Shown: one piece after another, positions 36,855 to 46,597 of the stretch
How positions within the stretch are numbered: position 1 is the stretch's first letter
Layout: each line of letters begins with the position of its first letter
IMG/VR virus record: IMGVR_UViG_3300023213_000432
Location: 192,001 to 256,000 of that record
Direction: 5' to 3' (one strand)
Origin: a virus
Lineage: Duplodnaviria; Caudoviricetes
Length of the DNA: 64,000 bases
The notes under the pieces: model-generated
The model's input: the letters and a program-made list of their open reading frames with translations, nothing else
Databases searched by the model: none
What the model was told of the DNA's origin: nothing
Program-made: the position numbers and the translations under genes

Positions 36855-36913
36855 AGGAAGATCATTCCTATGTTGCAAACGATATTGTCAGTCATAACTG
36901 TTACGGCAATTGA
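36830..36913 (+). pseudogene. Orphan intein C-terminal splicing motif (blocks F/G)
   Basis: Alternate frame reads EYVFNFEVEEDHSYVANDIVSHN-CYGN*; no start codon after the in-frame stop at 36800-36802. Confidence 0.7.
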
Positions 36914-36933
36914 TTGCTCGGTTCGCCGAGATA

Positions 36934-37263
36934 TTAGGCAACAGCTTTAACTTTATAAGCGAAAGGAAGTGCTCCCTTAGCCAATAGTTGCTGCACCGTT
37001 CTAACAACTCCATCCAGCGCTATTTGTGACGCTTTTCCCGGTTTGAAATAAACTTCCAGAGTGTCTGCCTTAGCTACAAGATCTTGAACAGTAGCAACAA
37101 TGGCTGGAGGCAAACTGTTCATTACCAGTTGAGCCACGTGCAATTCTGGATGTTTGGGTTCAATCCGTTGCGGTGGTGGCTCGACCCGTTGGGCTAATTT
37201 GGTAAGAATTTTCTGTTGTTTCTCCGCAATAACCAAAAGTTTTTTCAAAATATCGTCGCTCAT
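36934..37263 (-). CDS. Hypothetical protein
   Basis: Clean ORF coupled to the upstream gene. Confidence 0.6.
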   Translation of the reverse strand: MSDDILKKLLVIAEKQQKILTKLAQRVEPPPQRIEPKHPELHVAQLVMNSLPPAIVATVQDLVAKADTLEVYFKPGKASQIALDGVVRTVQQLLAKGALPFAYKVKAVA

Positions 37264-37709
37264 AAAAGTCCCTTTAATGTTTGTTGTAAAAGATAAACCG
37301 CTTCTTCTCGTTTGCTTGCTATTGCCGTGATAGTATCATCTAATCCCAGCGTCATTTTGCCCTCATCCTCACATGCTTGATAAGCATCTTGGCTCAGTTT
37401 GAGAAAATCTTTTTCCGCGGACAATGACATTTCCACGGGCGAGCCTTCCAAATTCCGATACTTCAAAAGTACCTTGTGAATTAACTCGGTTTGAGTATCG
37501 TAGTCCAAACAAGCATCGCCCATCAACCCAATAAATTTTTCGGCAGCCAAGTCCAAATTTTCCAAGGTTGAATTGTAAAGTCTCTCGAACAATAGGTGAT
37601 CCCCATAAAAAGTATCGCCTTTGGTTAGCCAATGACTGTGTTGATGAACTAAGGCTAATACCTTCAACGAAGCGATATATAGGGCAGCAATCTTCTCACA
37701 CTTGTCCAT
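37260..37709 (-). CDS. Dps/ferritin-like protein
   Basis: HQHSHW.TKG..FYGDHLLFERLY...D..AEK. Confidence 0.78.
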   Translation of the reverse strand: MDKCEKIAALYIASLKVLALVHQHSHWLTKGDTFYGDHLLFERLYNSTLENLDLAAEKFIGLMGDACLDYDTQTELIHKVLLKYRNLEGSPVEMSLSAEKDFLKLSQDAYQACEDEGKMTLGLDDTITAIASKREEAVYLLQQTLKGLL

Positions 37710-37771
37710 GTAAGAATGTCATGCTATTGGTAGGGCTAAAATCGCGATTCTTTAGGATATATTTCATCTAA

Positions 37772-38119
37772 ATGAAGAAGCCTAAAGTAATTGTTAACCC
37801 CTTTTTTTTCAAAGGACGAACTCATCAACAATTGGTAGATGTCCTTAATAAAGAACTTCCTATTAGCCTGATACATAATGAAAGGTTAGTAGAACGAATA
37901 GCGGCCCGATACCCACTGATCAAAAAATCCGAGGTGGCAATTATCATTCGAGCTATTTTTGAGAGTTTTCGAGATTTATTGATATTAGGAAAGGTGCTCA
38001 ATTTGAACAAGTTGTTTTTTGATACCAAACTTCACTTTCATCCTTATCGTAGAGATGGCAAGCTCTTACCATCACTCAAAGTCCAAATTTCTACCCCACC
38101 ACCTATGAGAAAGCAATGA
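37772..38119 (+). CDS. HU/IHF-like DNA-binding protein (degenerate)
   Basis: RIAARYPLIKKSEVAIIIRAIFESF...GKVLNL. Confidence 0.55.
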   Translation: MKKPKVIVNPFFFKGRTHQQLVDVLNKELPISLIHNERLVERIAARYPLIKKSEVAIIIRAIFESFRDLLILGKVLNLNKLFFDTKLHFHPYRRDGKLLPSLKVQISTPPPMRKQ

Positions 38120-38412
38120 CAGATGACAAATTAGGAAAATTGGAGGGCATTGCATTGGATATTTCAGCAATCCAAAAAATGATCCCCAACTATACTTCAG
38201 AAAAGTTATGTGAAATGATTGTTTCCACTCGATATTTTGGGTTTGATCATGAGATTTGTGTAGCATGTATGGAGGAATTAGCAACTAGACGAACGCAGGG
38301 AGACATCTTCGCATTTGAGGAATACATTGAAGCCGCTACCAAGGAGATGCCAGAATTGGACGTAGTTCAAATGGACTGGCGAACAATATTAAGTCGAGCA
38401 AGGAATCAATGA
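38116..38412 (+). CDS. Hypothetical protein
   Basis: Coupled ORF. Confidence 0.6.
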   Translation: MTDDKLGKLEGIALDISAIQKMIPNYTSEKLCEMIVSTRYFGFDHEICVACMEELATRRTQGDIFAFEEYIEAATKEMPELDVVQMDWRTILSRARNQ

Positions 38413-38927
38413 GCCAATTATTAACTGAACATATTATCCGACACATTTTTGCCAAATTGGGAATTATCGTTGACAAACAAGTTGATACTAGTAAAAATCA
38501 ATCCTTGATGGATAAAACGTTACTTTTGCCAGAAAAACTAACTTTTCAAGATGATAATGGCGATACCATTCAAAATCGAGTATGGGGATGTCAATTATCT
38601 TTAGCCCAGCAGGAAATGAAATTGCTCTTAGGAGACTGTTCTCAAGATAAGAAGATTACAGAGTATTGCCTAGTCGTTCAGTTAAAAGGAACCCCGACTT
38701 ATGGATTATATTTGGTGAATAGTGAAATATCCGAACCATTAATCGCGGTAGCTGTTGAAAAAGATTGGATGCCATGTTCTACTTTCCTACAGGCTTATTT
38801 TTTAGCAGGAATGGAACAAATAAAAGATATGTTATTTTCATGGAGTAAATGTGAAAATTACAAGGATCAGTATGCTTTGATGCTTTCTTTTATTAAATAT
38901 CATAGTGTTTTGTATAGCGGAGAGTAA
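38409..38927 (+). CDS. Hypothetical protein
   Basis: Coupled ORF. Confidence 0.6.
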   Translation: MSQLLTEHIIRHIFAKLGIIVDKQVDTSKNQSLMDKTLLLPEKLTFQDDNGDTIQNRVWGCQLSLAQQEMKLLLGDCSQDKKITEYCLVVQLKGTPTYGLYLVNSEISEPLIAVAVEKDWMPCSTFLQAYFLAGMEQIKDMLFSWSKCENYKDQYALMLSFIKYHSVLYSGE

Positions 38928-39277
38928 TGTTTGTTTGTGTATGTCAAAGAGATGGAAAACCTCATATAGTTGATTTTGAGACTAAACGAGACTATTTTAC
39001 TCATTGTAAAGAGTATATTACTAAAGGATTAGAATACAATCTCAATACTTTTAGTGTGGATGCTTTGCCTAATGGTATGTGTTCTAAGTGTTTGGATAAT
39101 ATAGAAGATCTTTACAAGACACATAATGAAAACTGGAAGAAGCTCAACTGCAGAATAGACGCACCTTTAAACCATAGTCATTGGAAAAATCGTGGCTCTC
39201 GAGCACGAATTTTGCAAGTATTTTGGCGCAACAAAGATGGCGGCCGAGCTTTGTTGAATAAAATTAGGAGATACTAA
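38927..39277 (+). CDS. Hypothetical Cys/His-rich protein
   Basis: CVC, CSKC; coupled ORF. Confidence 0.55.
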   Translation: MFVCVCQRDGKPHIVDFETKRDYFTHCKEYITKGLEYNLNTFSVDALPNGMCSKCLDNIEDLYKTHNENWKKLNCRIDAPLNHSHWKNRGSRARILQVFWRNKDGGRALLNKIRRY

Positions 39278-39610
39278 GTGCGTCTTCCTACCAGCATCGA
39301 ACGAGAAACGATATGGCGTTATGTAGTGCGTAAATTGAATTGCACTATTCATTATTTCCATGTTTTAGGTGTTTTGACAGCGCTTCTCTCTGAAATGCTC
39401 AAAGATCTTAAAAATGGAAAATACATCAGAATTCATAACTTGGGATGTTTAAAATTAAGAAAAACTAAGCCACGTCGGCACTGGCACGTTAAGACGAGAA
39501 CCGTTGTTTTATCCAGGGGCTACAAAAAACTTCACTTTCGTTTAGCTAAACAGCTCAAAAAGCGCTTGCGAGAGGAGCTTGATCTTGACAAGACTTTCGG
39601 AGATATTTAG
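39278..39610 (+). CDS. HU/IHF-family DNA-binding protein
   Basis: GKYIRIHNLGCLKLRKTKPR.....KT....LHFR.AKQLK. Confidence 0.75.
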   Translation: MRLPTSIERETIWRYVVRKLNCTIHYFHVLGVLTALLSEMLKDLKNGKYIRIHNLGCLKLRKTKPRRHWHVKTRTVVLSRGYKKLHFRLAKQLKKRLREELDLDKTFGDI

Positions 39611-39613
39611 AAT
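39585..39613 (+). promoter_or_regulatory. sigma70-like promoter upstream of dksA
   Basis: TTGACA-N17-TAGAAT. Confidence 0.6.
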
Positions 39614-39673
39614 ATGCGGTTCGTCCCGCATTGATAATAACAATATTTGATACATTAACAGGAAATATAATAC

Positions 39674-40036
39674 ATGGTTAATAAAGCTTCTTTACGCAAA
39701 ATCAAAAATCAGCTCCTTTCACAAAAGAAAGAATTGCTTAATATTTCTATTCGCAATAAAGAAATGAACGCGGTAGATATGGATGGTGATGAAACTGATG
39801 AAATTCAAGGCAATATGTTGATTGAACTCAACAATCAACTCCATACTAGAAACGGAGCTAAGCTTACTCAAATTGAAGACGCTCTCAGACGCATCGATAA
39901 TAAAACTTATGGCGTGTGTGAAGAATGTGGAGAAAAGATTCCCGATAAGAGATTATTAATTAACCCACATTTTTTGACTTGTATTTCTTGCGCAGAAGAA
40001 CGGGAAGTTGAAAACAAAAGAATGCGAGGATTTTAA
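39674..40036 (+). CDS. dksA: DksA/TraR-family RNA polymerase regulator
   Basis: DETD acidic tip, IEDALRRI..KTYGVCEECG..I...RL...P....CISC. Confidence 0.92.
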   Translation: MVNKASLRKIKNQLLSQKKELLNISIRNKEMNAVDMDGDETDEIQGNMLIELNNQLHTRNGAKLTQIEDALRRIDNKTYGVCEECGEKIPDKRLLINPHFLTCISCAEEREVENKRMRGF

Positions 40037-40038
40037 TC

Positions 40039-40611
40039 TTGAACACTATCATTTTGGAAGAAACAGAACATGGTGACGTTCCAGTAGATGTCTATCAGAA
40101 GTTAGCTAATAATCGTATTCTGTTTCTTTATAATTTAATAGACGCTAAATTGGCTTCTGATATTACTGCCACTCTTTTGCTTAAAGATTGTGAAGATTCA
40201 AATGAAAAGATTACTATTTTTATCAATTCCGATGGTGGCGACATTCGGAACGTTTTAATGATCTATGACATGATGATGTTAGTGCAATCTCCCATTGAAA
40301 CAGTATGCATTGGTTCGGCTCAAAATGAAGCTGCGTTACTATTAGGTGCCGGAACTCCCGGTTTGAGGTTTGCCACTAAACATGCTATTATTACGGTCAG
40401 TCAATTAGTGCATGATTGGATGTCATTTTCAGATCTCGCAGACGCTAAGCAGATTTTGAGCCTTTCCATCAATGACAACAAAAGAATGATGGAAATCATT
40501 GCCAAATCGTGTAAGAAAACTTTAAAAGAAGTTATGGTAGATTTTGAGAGAAAAGTTTTCATGAGTAGTCAGCAAGCCCTTAAATACGGGTTGATTGATG
40601 AGGTTATTTAA
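40039..40611 (+). CDS. ClpP paralog lacking catalytic Ser/His (ClpR-like)
   Basis: INSDGG, ETVCIGSAQNEAA (Ser replaced by Asn), TVSQL (His lost), ALKYGLIDEV. Confidence 0.85.
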   Translation: MNTIILEETEHGDVPVDVYQKLANNRILFLYNLIDAKLASDITATLLLKDCEDSNEKITIFINSDGGDIRNVLMIYDMMMLVQSPIETVCIGSAQNEAALLLGAGTPGLRFATKHAIITVSQLVHDWMSFSDLADAKQILSLSINDNKRMMEIIAKSCKKTLKEVMVDFERKVFMSSQQALKYGLIDEVI

Positions 40612-40617
40612 TTCCCC

Positions 40618-41211
40618 ATGAAGAACAATGATCCAATTGAGGCACTTGCTGTGCCGCCTCCTATGCTATTTGGGTATGCAGAAACTTATGTCAAACTAGC
40701 TCAAGCTCGAACCATTTTTTTATCAGAAACTATTACCAAAGATGTGGCGGCAGCTCTTTCGGCTTTTCTTCTTTATTACGATAATCTCAATTCGGAAGAA
40801 GAAATCACTCTATATCTTAACTCTGATGGCGGAGAAGTGTCTGGATTAATTAATATTTATGACGTAATGCAAATGATTTGTTCTCCTGTCAAAACCATAT
40901 GTGTAGGTAAATGTTATTCAGCAGCAGCGATTTTGCTAGCGGCGGGCGAGCCCGGCAGCCGGTTTGCTTTTAAAAATTCTCAATTAATGATCCATGGCAT
41001 TCAATGCGCTTTTCCAATTGCTGGACATGATCAAATATCGTCTAAAAACTACTATGAATTTCTTAAAGATAACAATGATAACATCATGAAGATTTTGGCT
41101 AATCATACTGGACATCCGTTAGAGAAAATCAAAGAAGACTGTAAGACTGATGTTTTTTTTACAGCTAAACAAGCTTTAGATTATGGACTGATTGACGCGA
41201 TCATCGAATAG
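40618..41211 (+). CDS. clpP: ClpP protease subunit with intact triad
   Basis: LNSDGG, CVGKCYSAAA (Ser), LMIHG (His), TDVFF (Asp), ALDYGLID. Confidence 0.9.
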   Translation: MKNNDPIEALAVPPPMLFGYAETYVKLAQARTIFLSETITKDVAAALSAFLLYYDNLNSEEEITLYLNSDGGEVSGLINIYDVMQMICSPVKTICVGKCYSAAAILLAAGEPGSRFAFKNSQLMIHGIQCAFPIAGHDQISSKNYYEFLKDNNDNIMKILANHTGHPLEKIKEDCKTDVFFTAKQALDYGLIDAIIE

Positions 41212-41225
41212 TTTAGCATACCTAC

Positions 41226-41654
41226 ATGATCATCAAGGATGCTCGCAAGCCTTCGCCCGATCCGGTTCAGGAACGTCTTCGTCAAGAAAAGGCGCAATTT
41301 AATAAGGAAACCAGCGCTTTTATTACTGGATTAATCAATTTTAAGAAGCTGATGAATGGACAACCTTCCAAGTTCCATATGCAGAAGTCTAACATCAAAA
41401 ATCCAATTCCTGCAGAACCCATTTCTATCATTGATGCCCTAGCCGAAGATTTTCAATCCATCGCCCAACAAGCTAGAAATATCGTAGAACGTCAATTAGA
41501 ATATTCTCAGACTCGAAGAAAAAAAGCACCTACGCCATCTCCGGGAACTACCCCTTCCCCAACTACACCAGATCTTACCCAACAACTAATAGGCAAAGCT
41601 AGCACCGTTTCTAATCCTCTTATCAAATTTTTGTCCAAATATGGAAGCCTATGA
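41226..41654 (+). CDS. Hypothetical protein with Pro/Thr-rich linker
   Basis: Clean ORF. Confidence 0.6.
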   Translation: MIIKDARKPSPDPVQERLRQEKAQFNKETSAFITGLINFKKLMNGQPSKFHMQKSNIKNPIPAEPISIIDALAEDFQSIAQQARNIVERQLEYSQTRRKKAPTPSPGTTPSPTTPDLTQQLIGKASTVSNPLIKFLSKYGSL

Positions 41655-42040
41655 AACAGGGTTTCATTTATATTCACGATAACATTTTTCCCACTTTATT
41701 AGCACTTTCGGCAGAAGAGCAAGCTATCGGATTGATGCATCAACCATTTCCGCCACCAGTGATGTCGTTTATTTATCCTCGCCCTCAAATCAATAAATTT
41801 TGGATGCACCAAACTCCTAGCCCATTAGATATTATTTTTTGTCACAATGGCAAAGTATCCCAGATCTGTAAAGGAGATCCATATTCTACTCGAGTAATCG
41901 GTAGTGAGGAATACAGCGATTTAGTAGTAGAACTTCCCTATGGAACTGCCGCCGTTATTGGGCTTAAATTGGGACACACGGCGGAATTGTTTAAACCAAA
42001 TAGAAATGATCTAAAGAGATTAATGTTTCAAAATTTCTGA
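41651..42040 (+). CDS. DUF192-family protein
   Basis: EEQAIGLM, M.F.YP.....FWM..T..PLDIIF, VVELP.G. Confidence 0.85.
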   Translation: MKQGFIYIHDNIFPTLLALSAEEQAIGLMHQPFPPPVMSFIYPRPQINKFWMHQTPSPLDIIFCHNGKVSQICKGDPYSTRVIGSEEYSDLVVELPYGTAAVIGLKLGHTAELFKPNRNDLKRLMFQNF

Positions 42041-42093
42041 TTTTTGCGCTTCACCTCTTGTTTTTTAATTCCCTATGATTATAATTATGATGC

Positions 42094-43089
42094 ATGGTAT
42101 CCATTCAAGATTTTGATAACATTCTTCAAACATTTAACATTAAAGCTAAATGCGTTAATTATCAACAAGCCAATCACTATTTTTGTTATGATTTAATGCT
42201 GGAGCCTCGCAGCAAAGTTAAAGATGTTGCCAAATGGGGAGAGGAACTGTCTCTTTCTCTAAAAGCATGCAATAAACCCAACGTAAAAATTCTTCATTCA
42301 CAAGGATTGGTTAGGTTAGAATTTGCTTCACCTCAAACTCAAGTTCTCAATTTATTCGATTGCTTCACTAACCAGAACATCTCTGTTGGTGGGATACCTT
42401 GTCTTTTAGGACAAGGTATAGATGGACAGAACGTTTGGATGGAACTTACTCAAAATCCTCATATGATTGTTGCTGGAACAACAGGTTCCGGAAAAAGCAC
42501 TTTACTACATACCATCATTGCCAATCTTTTAAATTACAGTGACGCTTTGTTATATTTAGCGGATCCTAAAGGTATTGAATTTTTTGAATATGATCGTAAA
42601 ATTGATAATCTAGCAATCGGTTATTCCTATGAAGAAGTAGTGGGAATGTTGGATGCGCTATTGAACATTATGGAAGAACGTTATTCTAAAATACGACAAG
42701 GAACAAAACCATCCCAGTTCAAACATATTGTGCTGATCATAGATGAATTTGCAGATTTGATAATGCAAGATAAAGACGATCTATTTTATCATCGATTGTG
42801 TCGGTTAGCTCAAAAATGTCGGGCAGCTAAAATCAACATTATTCTTTCTACTCAACGACCTTCCACTAATTTCATCAAGGGTGCCATCAAAGCTAATTTT
42901 CCGGCACGAATTGCTTGTCGAGTAGCTACTCATGTGGATTCCAAAGTTATTTTGGATGCGACAGGTGCTGAAAATTTATTGGGTAATGGAGATGCTCTTA
43001 TTAGAGATAATTTTCGGTTTTTGGAAAGATTTCAGGTAGCTTATACTACGCCAACGGAGGTATGCAAATATTTTGGTAGGCCGATATAG
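42094..43089 (+). CDS. FtsK/SpoIIIE-like ATPase (no membrane or gamma domain)
   Basis: PHMIVAGTTGSGKS, DPKG.E, IIDEFADL, LAQKCRAA, STQRPS, GAENLLGNGD. Confidence 0.92.
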   Translation: MVSIQDFDNILQTFNIKAKCVNYQQANHYFCYDLMLEPRSKVKDVAKWGEELSLSLKACNKPNVKILHSQGLVRLEFASPQTQVLNLFDCFTNQNISVGGIPCLLGQGIDGQNVWMELTQNPHMIVAGTTGSGKSTLLHTIIANLLNYSDALLYLADPKGIEFFEYDRKIDNLAIGYSYEEVVGMLDALLNIMEERYSKIRQGTKPSQFKHIVLIIDEFADLIMQDKDDLFYHRLCRLAQKCRAAKINIILSTQRPSTNFIKGAIKANFPARIACRVATHVDSKVILDATGAENLLGNGDALIRDNFRFLERFQVAYTTPTEVCKYFGRPI

Positions 43090-43112
43090 GAATCGATGTA
43101 TATGGCAATGTC

Positions 43113-43565
43113 ATGATCACTGATCGCACTCTTTCTCTTTTACAATCTTTGTCTTCAACTCGTTCCCCGTCTAAACAATTGTCTCTGATTCAAGAATACT
43201 GTCTTTATGAAGGAGATATGGCTCAGCAATCACAACAGATTGAGGAGTTGTTAACAATTTATAGACAGGTTGTGAAGGACACGCACCAACAAGGAATAAA
43301 AGCCGCTTCTCAAAGAAAGAAAATGGTAAAACCACATCAATATCCCAAATTTTTTCCAACTTTCAATGGACAAGGAAATTGTGATCGTTGTGGAGCCATA
43401 ATTGATGGCGCCCAAAAACCAGTCCCCGCTTTCTTTCATCGTTATGGAACACAAAGCAATGAAGTTAGAATCTATTGTCCCTTACCCTCTTGTTTTCCGC
43501 TTGAACATAAAGCCAAAATGTTGGAGGATCGAGACTATCTAAAAAAAATGATTAAAGCTCAATGA
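43113..43565 (+). CDS. Hypothetical protein with CxxC zinc site
   Basis: CDRC...C....C. Confidence 0.55.
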   Translation: MITDRTLSLLQSLSSTRSPSKQLSLIQEYCLYEGDMAQQSQQIEELLTIYRQVVKDTHQQGIKAASQRKKMVKPHQYPKFFPTFNGQGNCDRCGAIIDGAQKPVPAFFHRYGTQSNEVRIYCPLPSCFPLEHKAKMLEDRDYLKKMIKAQ

Positions 43566-43599
43566 TAACTAAAACCGTAGAAAGAACTAACATATTATA

Positions 43600-44904
43600 A
43601 TGGACAAAGGCTCATTTTCCTCAATTGATATAGAACAACAAGAGCATCTTTCTTTAAAAAAGTTGCAACAGTTCAAAACTAATAATATCGATGATCTGCC
43701 AGAACGACCCAAAGAATATCTTATTGATTTGATGACTTGGACAGAAGATTCCTTTAAATCTTTTCTCAAAGATCAAATTGGATTGAATAGATTTATTCAT
43801 AATCGGATCATTATGGATGGGCAATTTCTTCGTTTTTGTGAAGAAAACAAAATGACAATTGAGTGTCTCCATAAGAATTCCGTAGTTTCATGGAAGACAG
43901 ATCATCATTTTGAAAAATTCTTTATGCAAGGCGTCTTTTTGATTAAAGGGCATGGATGGGAATTTTTACAAGCTTCTCTCATGCACAAGGGCAATCAGTT
44001 TGAAGATGAGGTTGGATTTTTTGTTATTGTCTCGGAAAAGAACTATGAAGCTTATATTAATGTTCGTAATCAATTTGATGCTTGGGTTCAACGAAGAGAT
44101 CGTAACAATTTACGGGTTCGTGTGATTGATGGTGAAGATATTATTTACACCAAAGATCATACTTGGGATGATTTGTTCTTGCCGGCTTCATTGAAAAATG
44201 AGATTAAAAGTTTAGTAGAAAATTTTCTCTCTTCCAAGGAATTCTATCTAAAGAATAAAATACCTTGGAAAAGGGGAATACTTCTTTATGGGGAACCGGG
44301 CAACGGAAAGACGTCTTTAATTCGCACTATTATGTCCGTTTATAATTTCAAGCCCATTACTATTACAACCAATGCTAATGATGAAGTTATTCGAGAAGCT
44401 TTTACTTATGCGGAAGAGCAAAGTCCGTCTCTTCTATATTTCGAAGACTTAGATTCTTTGTTGGAGAAACGTATCGATTCATCCTCTTTTCTCAATTTAA
44501 TGGATGGTATTTCCGCCCGAAATGGGATATTGGTAGTGGCTACTGCCAATGACGTTCGAAGCCTAAAAAGCAATATTACAGATCGTCCATCTCGATTTGA
44601 TAGAAAATTCGAAATTCCACCACCAAATCAAGAAATGGCTGGCATATATCTAAAGAGGTGGTTCAACGATTTGCTTTCTGCTAAAAAGGTTAAAGAGTTA
44701 GCTAAATATGCTGAAAGATATGAATTTTCGTATGCTTACCTCAAAGAATTTTATCTTTCAACAATGTTTGAAGCTTTGGCGCATAATCGAAAAACTCCTA
44801 TTAAGAAAGACATCGATCATGCACTGCAACGATTAATCAAAGATAAAAACATTTTGCACGGTAGAATTATCGACACTGATAAGTATTTTAAATCAAAAGG
44901 TTAA
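43600..44904 (+). CDS. AAA+ ATPase (BCS1/Cdc48-like single domain)
   Basis: WKRGILLYGEPGNGKT, FEDLD, NLMDG, DRPSRFD. Confidence 0.9.
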   Translation: MDKGSFSSIDIEQQEHLSLKKLQQFKTNNIDDLPERPKEYLIDLMTWTEDSFKSFLKDQIGLNRFIHNRIIMDGQFLRFCEENKMTIECLHKNSVVSWKTDHHFEKFFMQGVFLIKGHGWEFLQASLMHKGNQFEDEVGFFVIVSEKNYEAYINVRNQFDAWVQRRDRNNLRVRVIDGEDIIYTKDHTWDDLFLPASLKNEIKSLVENFLSSKEFYLKNKIPWKRGILLYGEPGNGKTSLIRTIMSVYNFKPITITTNANDEVIREAFTYAEEQSPSLLYFEDLDSLLEKRIDSSSFLNLMDGISARNGILVVATANDVRSLKSNITDRPSRFDRKFEIPPPNQEMAGIYLKRWFNDLLSAKKVKELAKYAERYEFSYAYLKEFYLSTMFEALAHNRKTPIKKDIDHALQRLIKDKNILHGRIIDTDKYFKSKG

Positions 44905-44918
44905 AGCGGGTTAATCCA

Positions 44919-45215
44919 ATGTTCAAAAACAAATTTTTTAAGAAATCTTCTCCCAAAGTTTTGAAGGGAGGTGAAGTTGATAGTCATGAGCCAGTTCAAG
45001 CTCAACATTTGGAAGTCAAAGTTTTCCATGACCAATTTGATAGGGCTTTCCGAGCCTTTCGAACTCTGGTTCAGAAAGATGGTATTCTTTCTGTTTATAA
45101 AGAGAAACAACGATACGAAAAGCCTTCCGATAAACGACGAAGAAAACGAAATGAACATAAGAGAAAATTGTTTGAATTAGAAATGTCTAAACGTTTCCAC
45201 AAAGAAAGCAAGTGA
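44919..45215 (+). CDS. rpsU: Ribosomal protein bS21 with N-terminal extension
   Basis: VKV..DQFDRAFRAFR...KDGIL..YKEKQRYEKPSDKRRRK. Confidence 0.88.
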   Translation: MFKNKFFKKSSPKVLKGGEVDSHEPVQAQHLEVKVFHDQFDRAFRAFRTLVQKDGILSVYKEKQRYEKPSDKRRRKRNEHKRKLFELEMSKRFHKESK

Positions 45216-45218
45216 ATT

Positions 45219-45881
45219 ATGTCTAATGAAAAGACCAAAATTTTGAAAAATCCAGCTCGTAATACTTCAGAACCTAGAAAACCTTATGTTTCTCAATATC
45301 AAATATTGGGAGTAGAACCTTCTGAGTATAAAAGCGCCGTGATGCCCAAGAATGTGATGATAGCAAAAGGGGCTCCTGAGAATCCTCGATTGCCTCGTTC
45401 TCCTATCAGGCAACCATATGCAGAACCCGTTCCATCACCTATCGGAAGAGATAAAGGATTAATTCCCAATGTCGGTAATAACATGGAGCATTCATGGTCA
45501 GGCGTAGATGATGAAATTATCGATAATCTAGAAGATATGGAGATAATTAATCCGGAACATGAGATGATCGATAATAATGAGTTTGTTTCTCCGGCAACAT
45601 TAGGGCTTTCAGAAGAGGATGTGGCAGTGGAACCAGAAACTGGATCTTTCGATTTCTCTGCCTTTGTTTCAATGGTTCAGTCTGAGGTAGAAGAAAATGA
45701 ATGTGTTCTTTTCGTTAGTGGCATGTGGTTATCCAAGGGTTCGCCAAAGGACATTGAAAAACAAGTTCAAGATCTAATGTTTGGTGAGCATGAAGTATTT
45801 AAAGGAGAACCAATTAGCATTGAAGATATTTTGGTAGTTAAGAAAGTGCCAATTAAAGTAGGAGTATTTTTTTCGGAGTAA
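45219..45881 (+). CDS. Hypothetical acidic/Pro-rich protein
   Basis: Clean ORF. Confidence 0.6.
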   Translation: MSNEKTKILKNPARNTSEPRKPYVSQYQILGVEPSEYKSAVMPKNVMIAKGAPENPRLPRSPIRQPYAEPVPSPIGRDKGLIPNVGNNMEHSWSGVDDEIIDNLEDMEIINPEHEMIDNNEFVSPATLGLSEEDVAVEPETGSFDFSAFVSMVQSEVEENECVLFVSGMWLSKGSPKDIEKQVQDLMFGEHEVFKGEPISIEDILVVKKVPIKVGVFFSE

Positions 45882-45885
45882 AGAC

Positions 45886-46581
45886 ATGACAGAACCGCGT
45901 AAAGCATCAGAAGTTATTTTGTCCTTAGAGAATAAAGTTGATATTCTTCTTGGATTGGTGAGATCTTTGGATCTCAACATCAAAGTTCTATCCAATAAAC
46001 TTAATCAATTATTAGCAAAACAAGAAACCTCTTCGCCCAAGATTGTGGTAGAGGCTGCTAATGTGGCACTGCCCGCTTTATCTTCCTTTAATTCAGAAAG
46101 AGATGTATTGATTTCTCCCGAAGATAGTTCGTTGATGGAAGTTAATCCAAAAGGTTTTCGTCGCACCAGCCGTCCCGAAACTTTTTCCGGAGACGATATC
46201 TATCTAAACCGAGAGTCTAAAGAAGCCCCTAAAGCAGAAGCGATCGTTCCTCGTCCAAAGGATAAGCCTTCTAACACACCTAAATCTGTTCCTAATACTT
46301 CGCCACCCGCTTCCATTGTTGCTACTATGCAACGAATAATTAGAGGCGGCAAATCTGTTTTCATGGCTGACGTGGAAATTACTAACATGACTACTGGAAA
46401 AGTCGAAAAAAGTCGAACCAATGCTGTCGGTAAATGGAACGCACCTTTACAACCCGGCGGTTACCGAATTGTTGTTAGGAAACAAGAAATCGCCTCTAAA
46501 GAAAAATTCGAGATTGAGCAAAATATTCAAATTGATGGCAAACAAAGCCCACTGGAACTTCCACCACTAATTGTTAAGTAA
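45886..46581 (+). CDS. Hypothetical protein (N-terminal coiled coil, C-terminal beta-sandwich)
   Basis: RTNAVGKW...LQPGGYRI transthyretin-like/SpaA-type pattern. Confidence 0.55.
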   Translation: MTEPRKASEVILSLENKVDILLGLVRSLDLNIKVLSNKLNQLLAKQETSSPKIVVEAANVALPALSSFNSERDVLISPEDSSLMEVNPKGFRRTSRPETFSGDDIYLNRESKEAPKAEAIVPRPKDKPSNTPKSVPNTSPPASIVATMQRIIRGGKSVFMADVEITNMTTGKVEKSRTNAVGKWNAPLQPGGYRIVVRKQEIASKEKFEIEQNIQIDGKQSPLELPPLIVK

Positions 46582-46597
46582 TTATTTAAGGGTAAAA

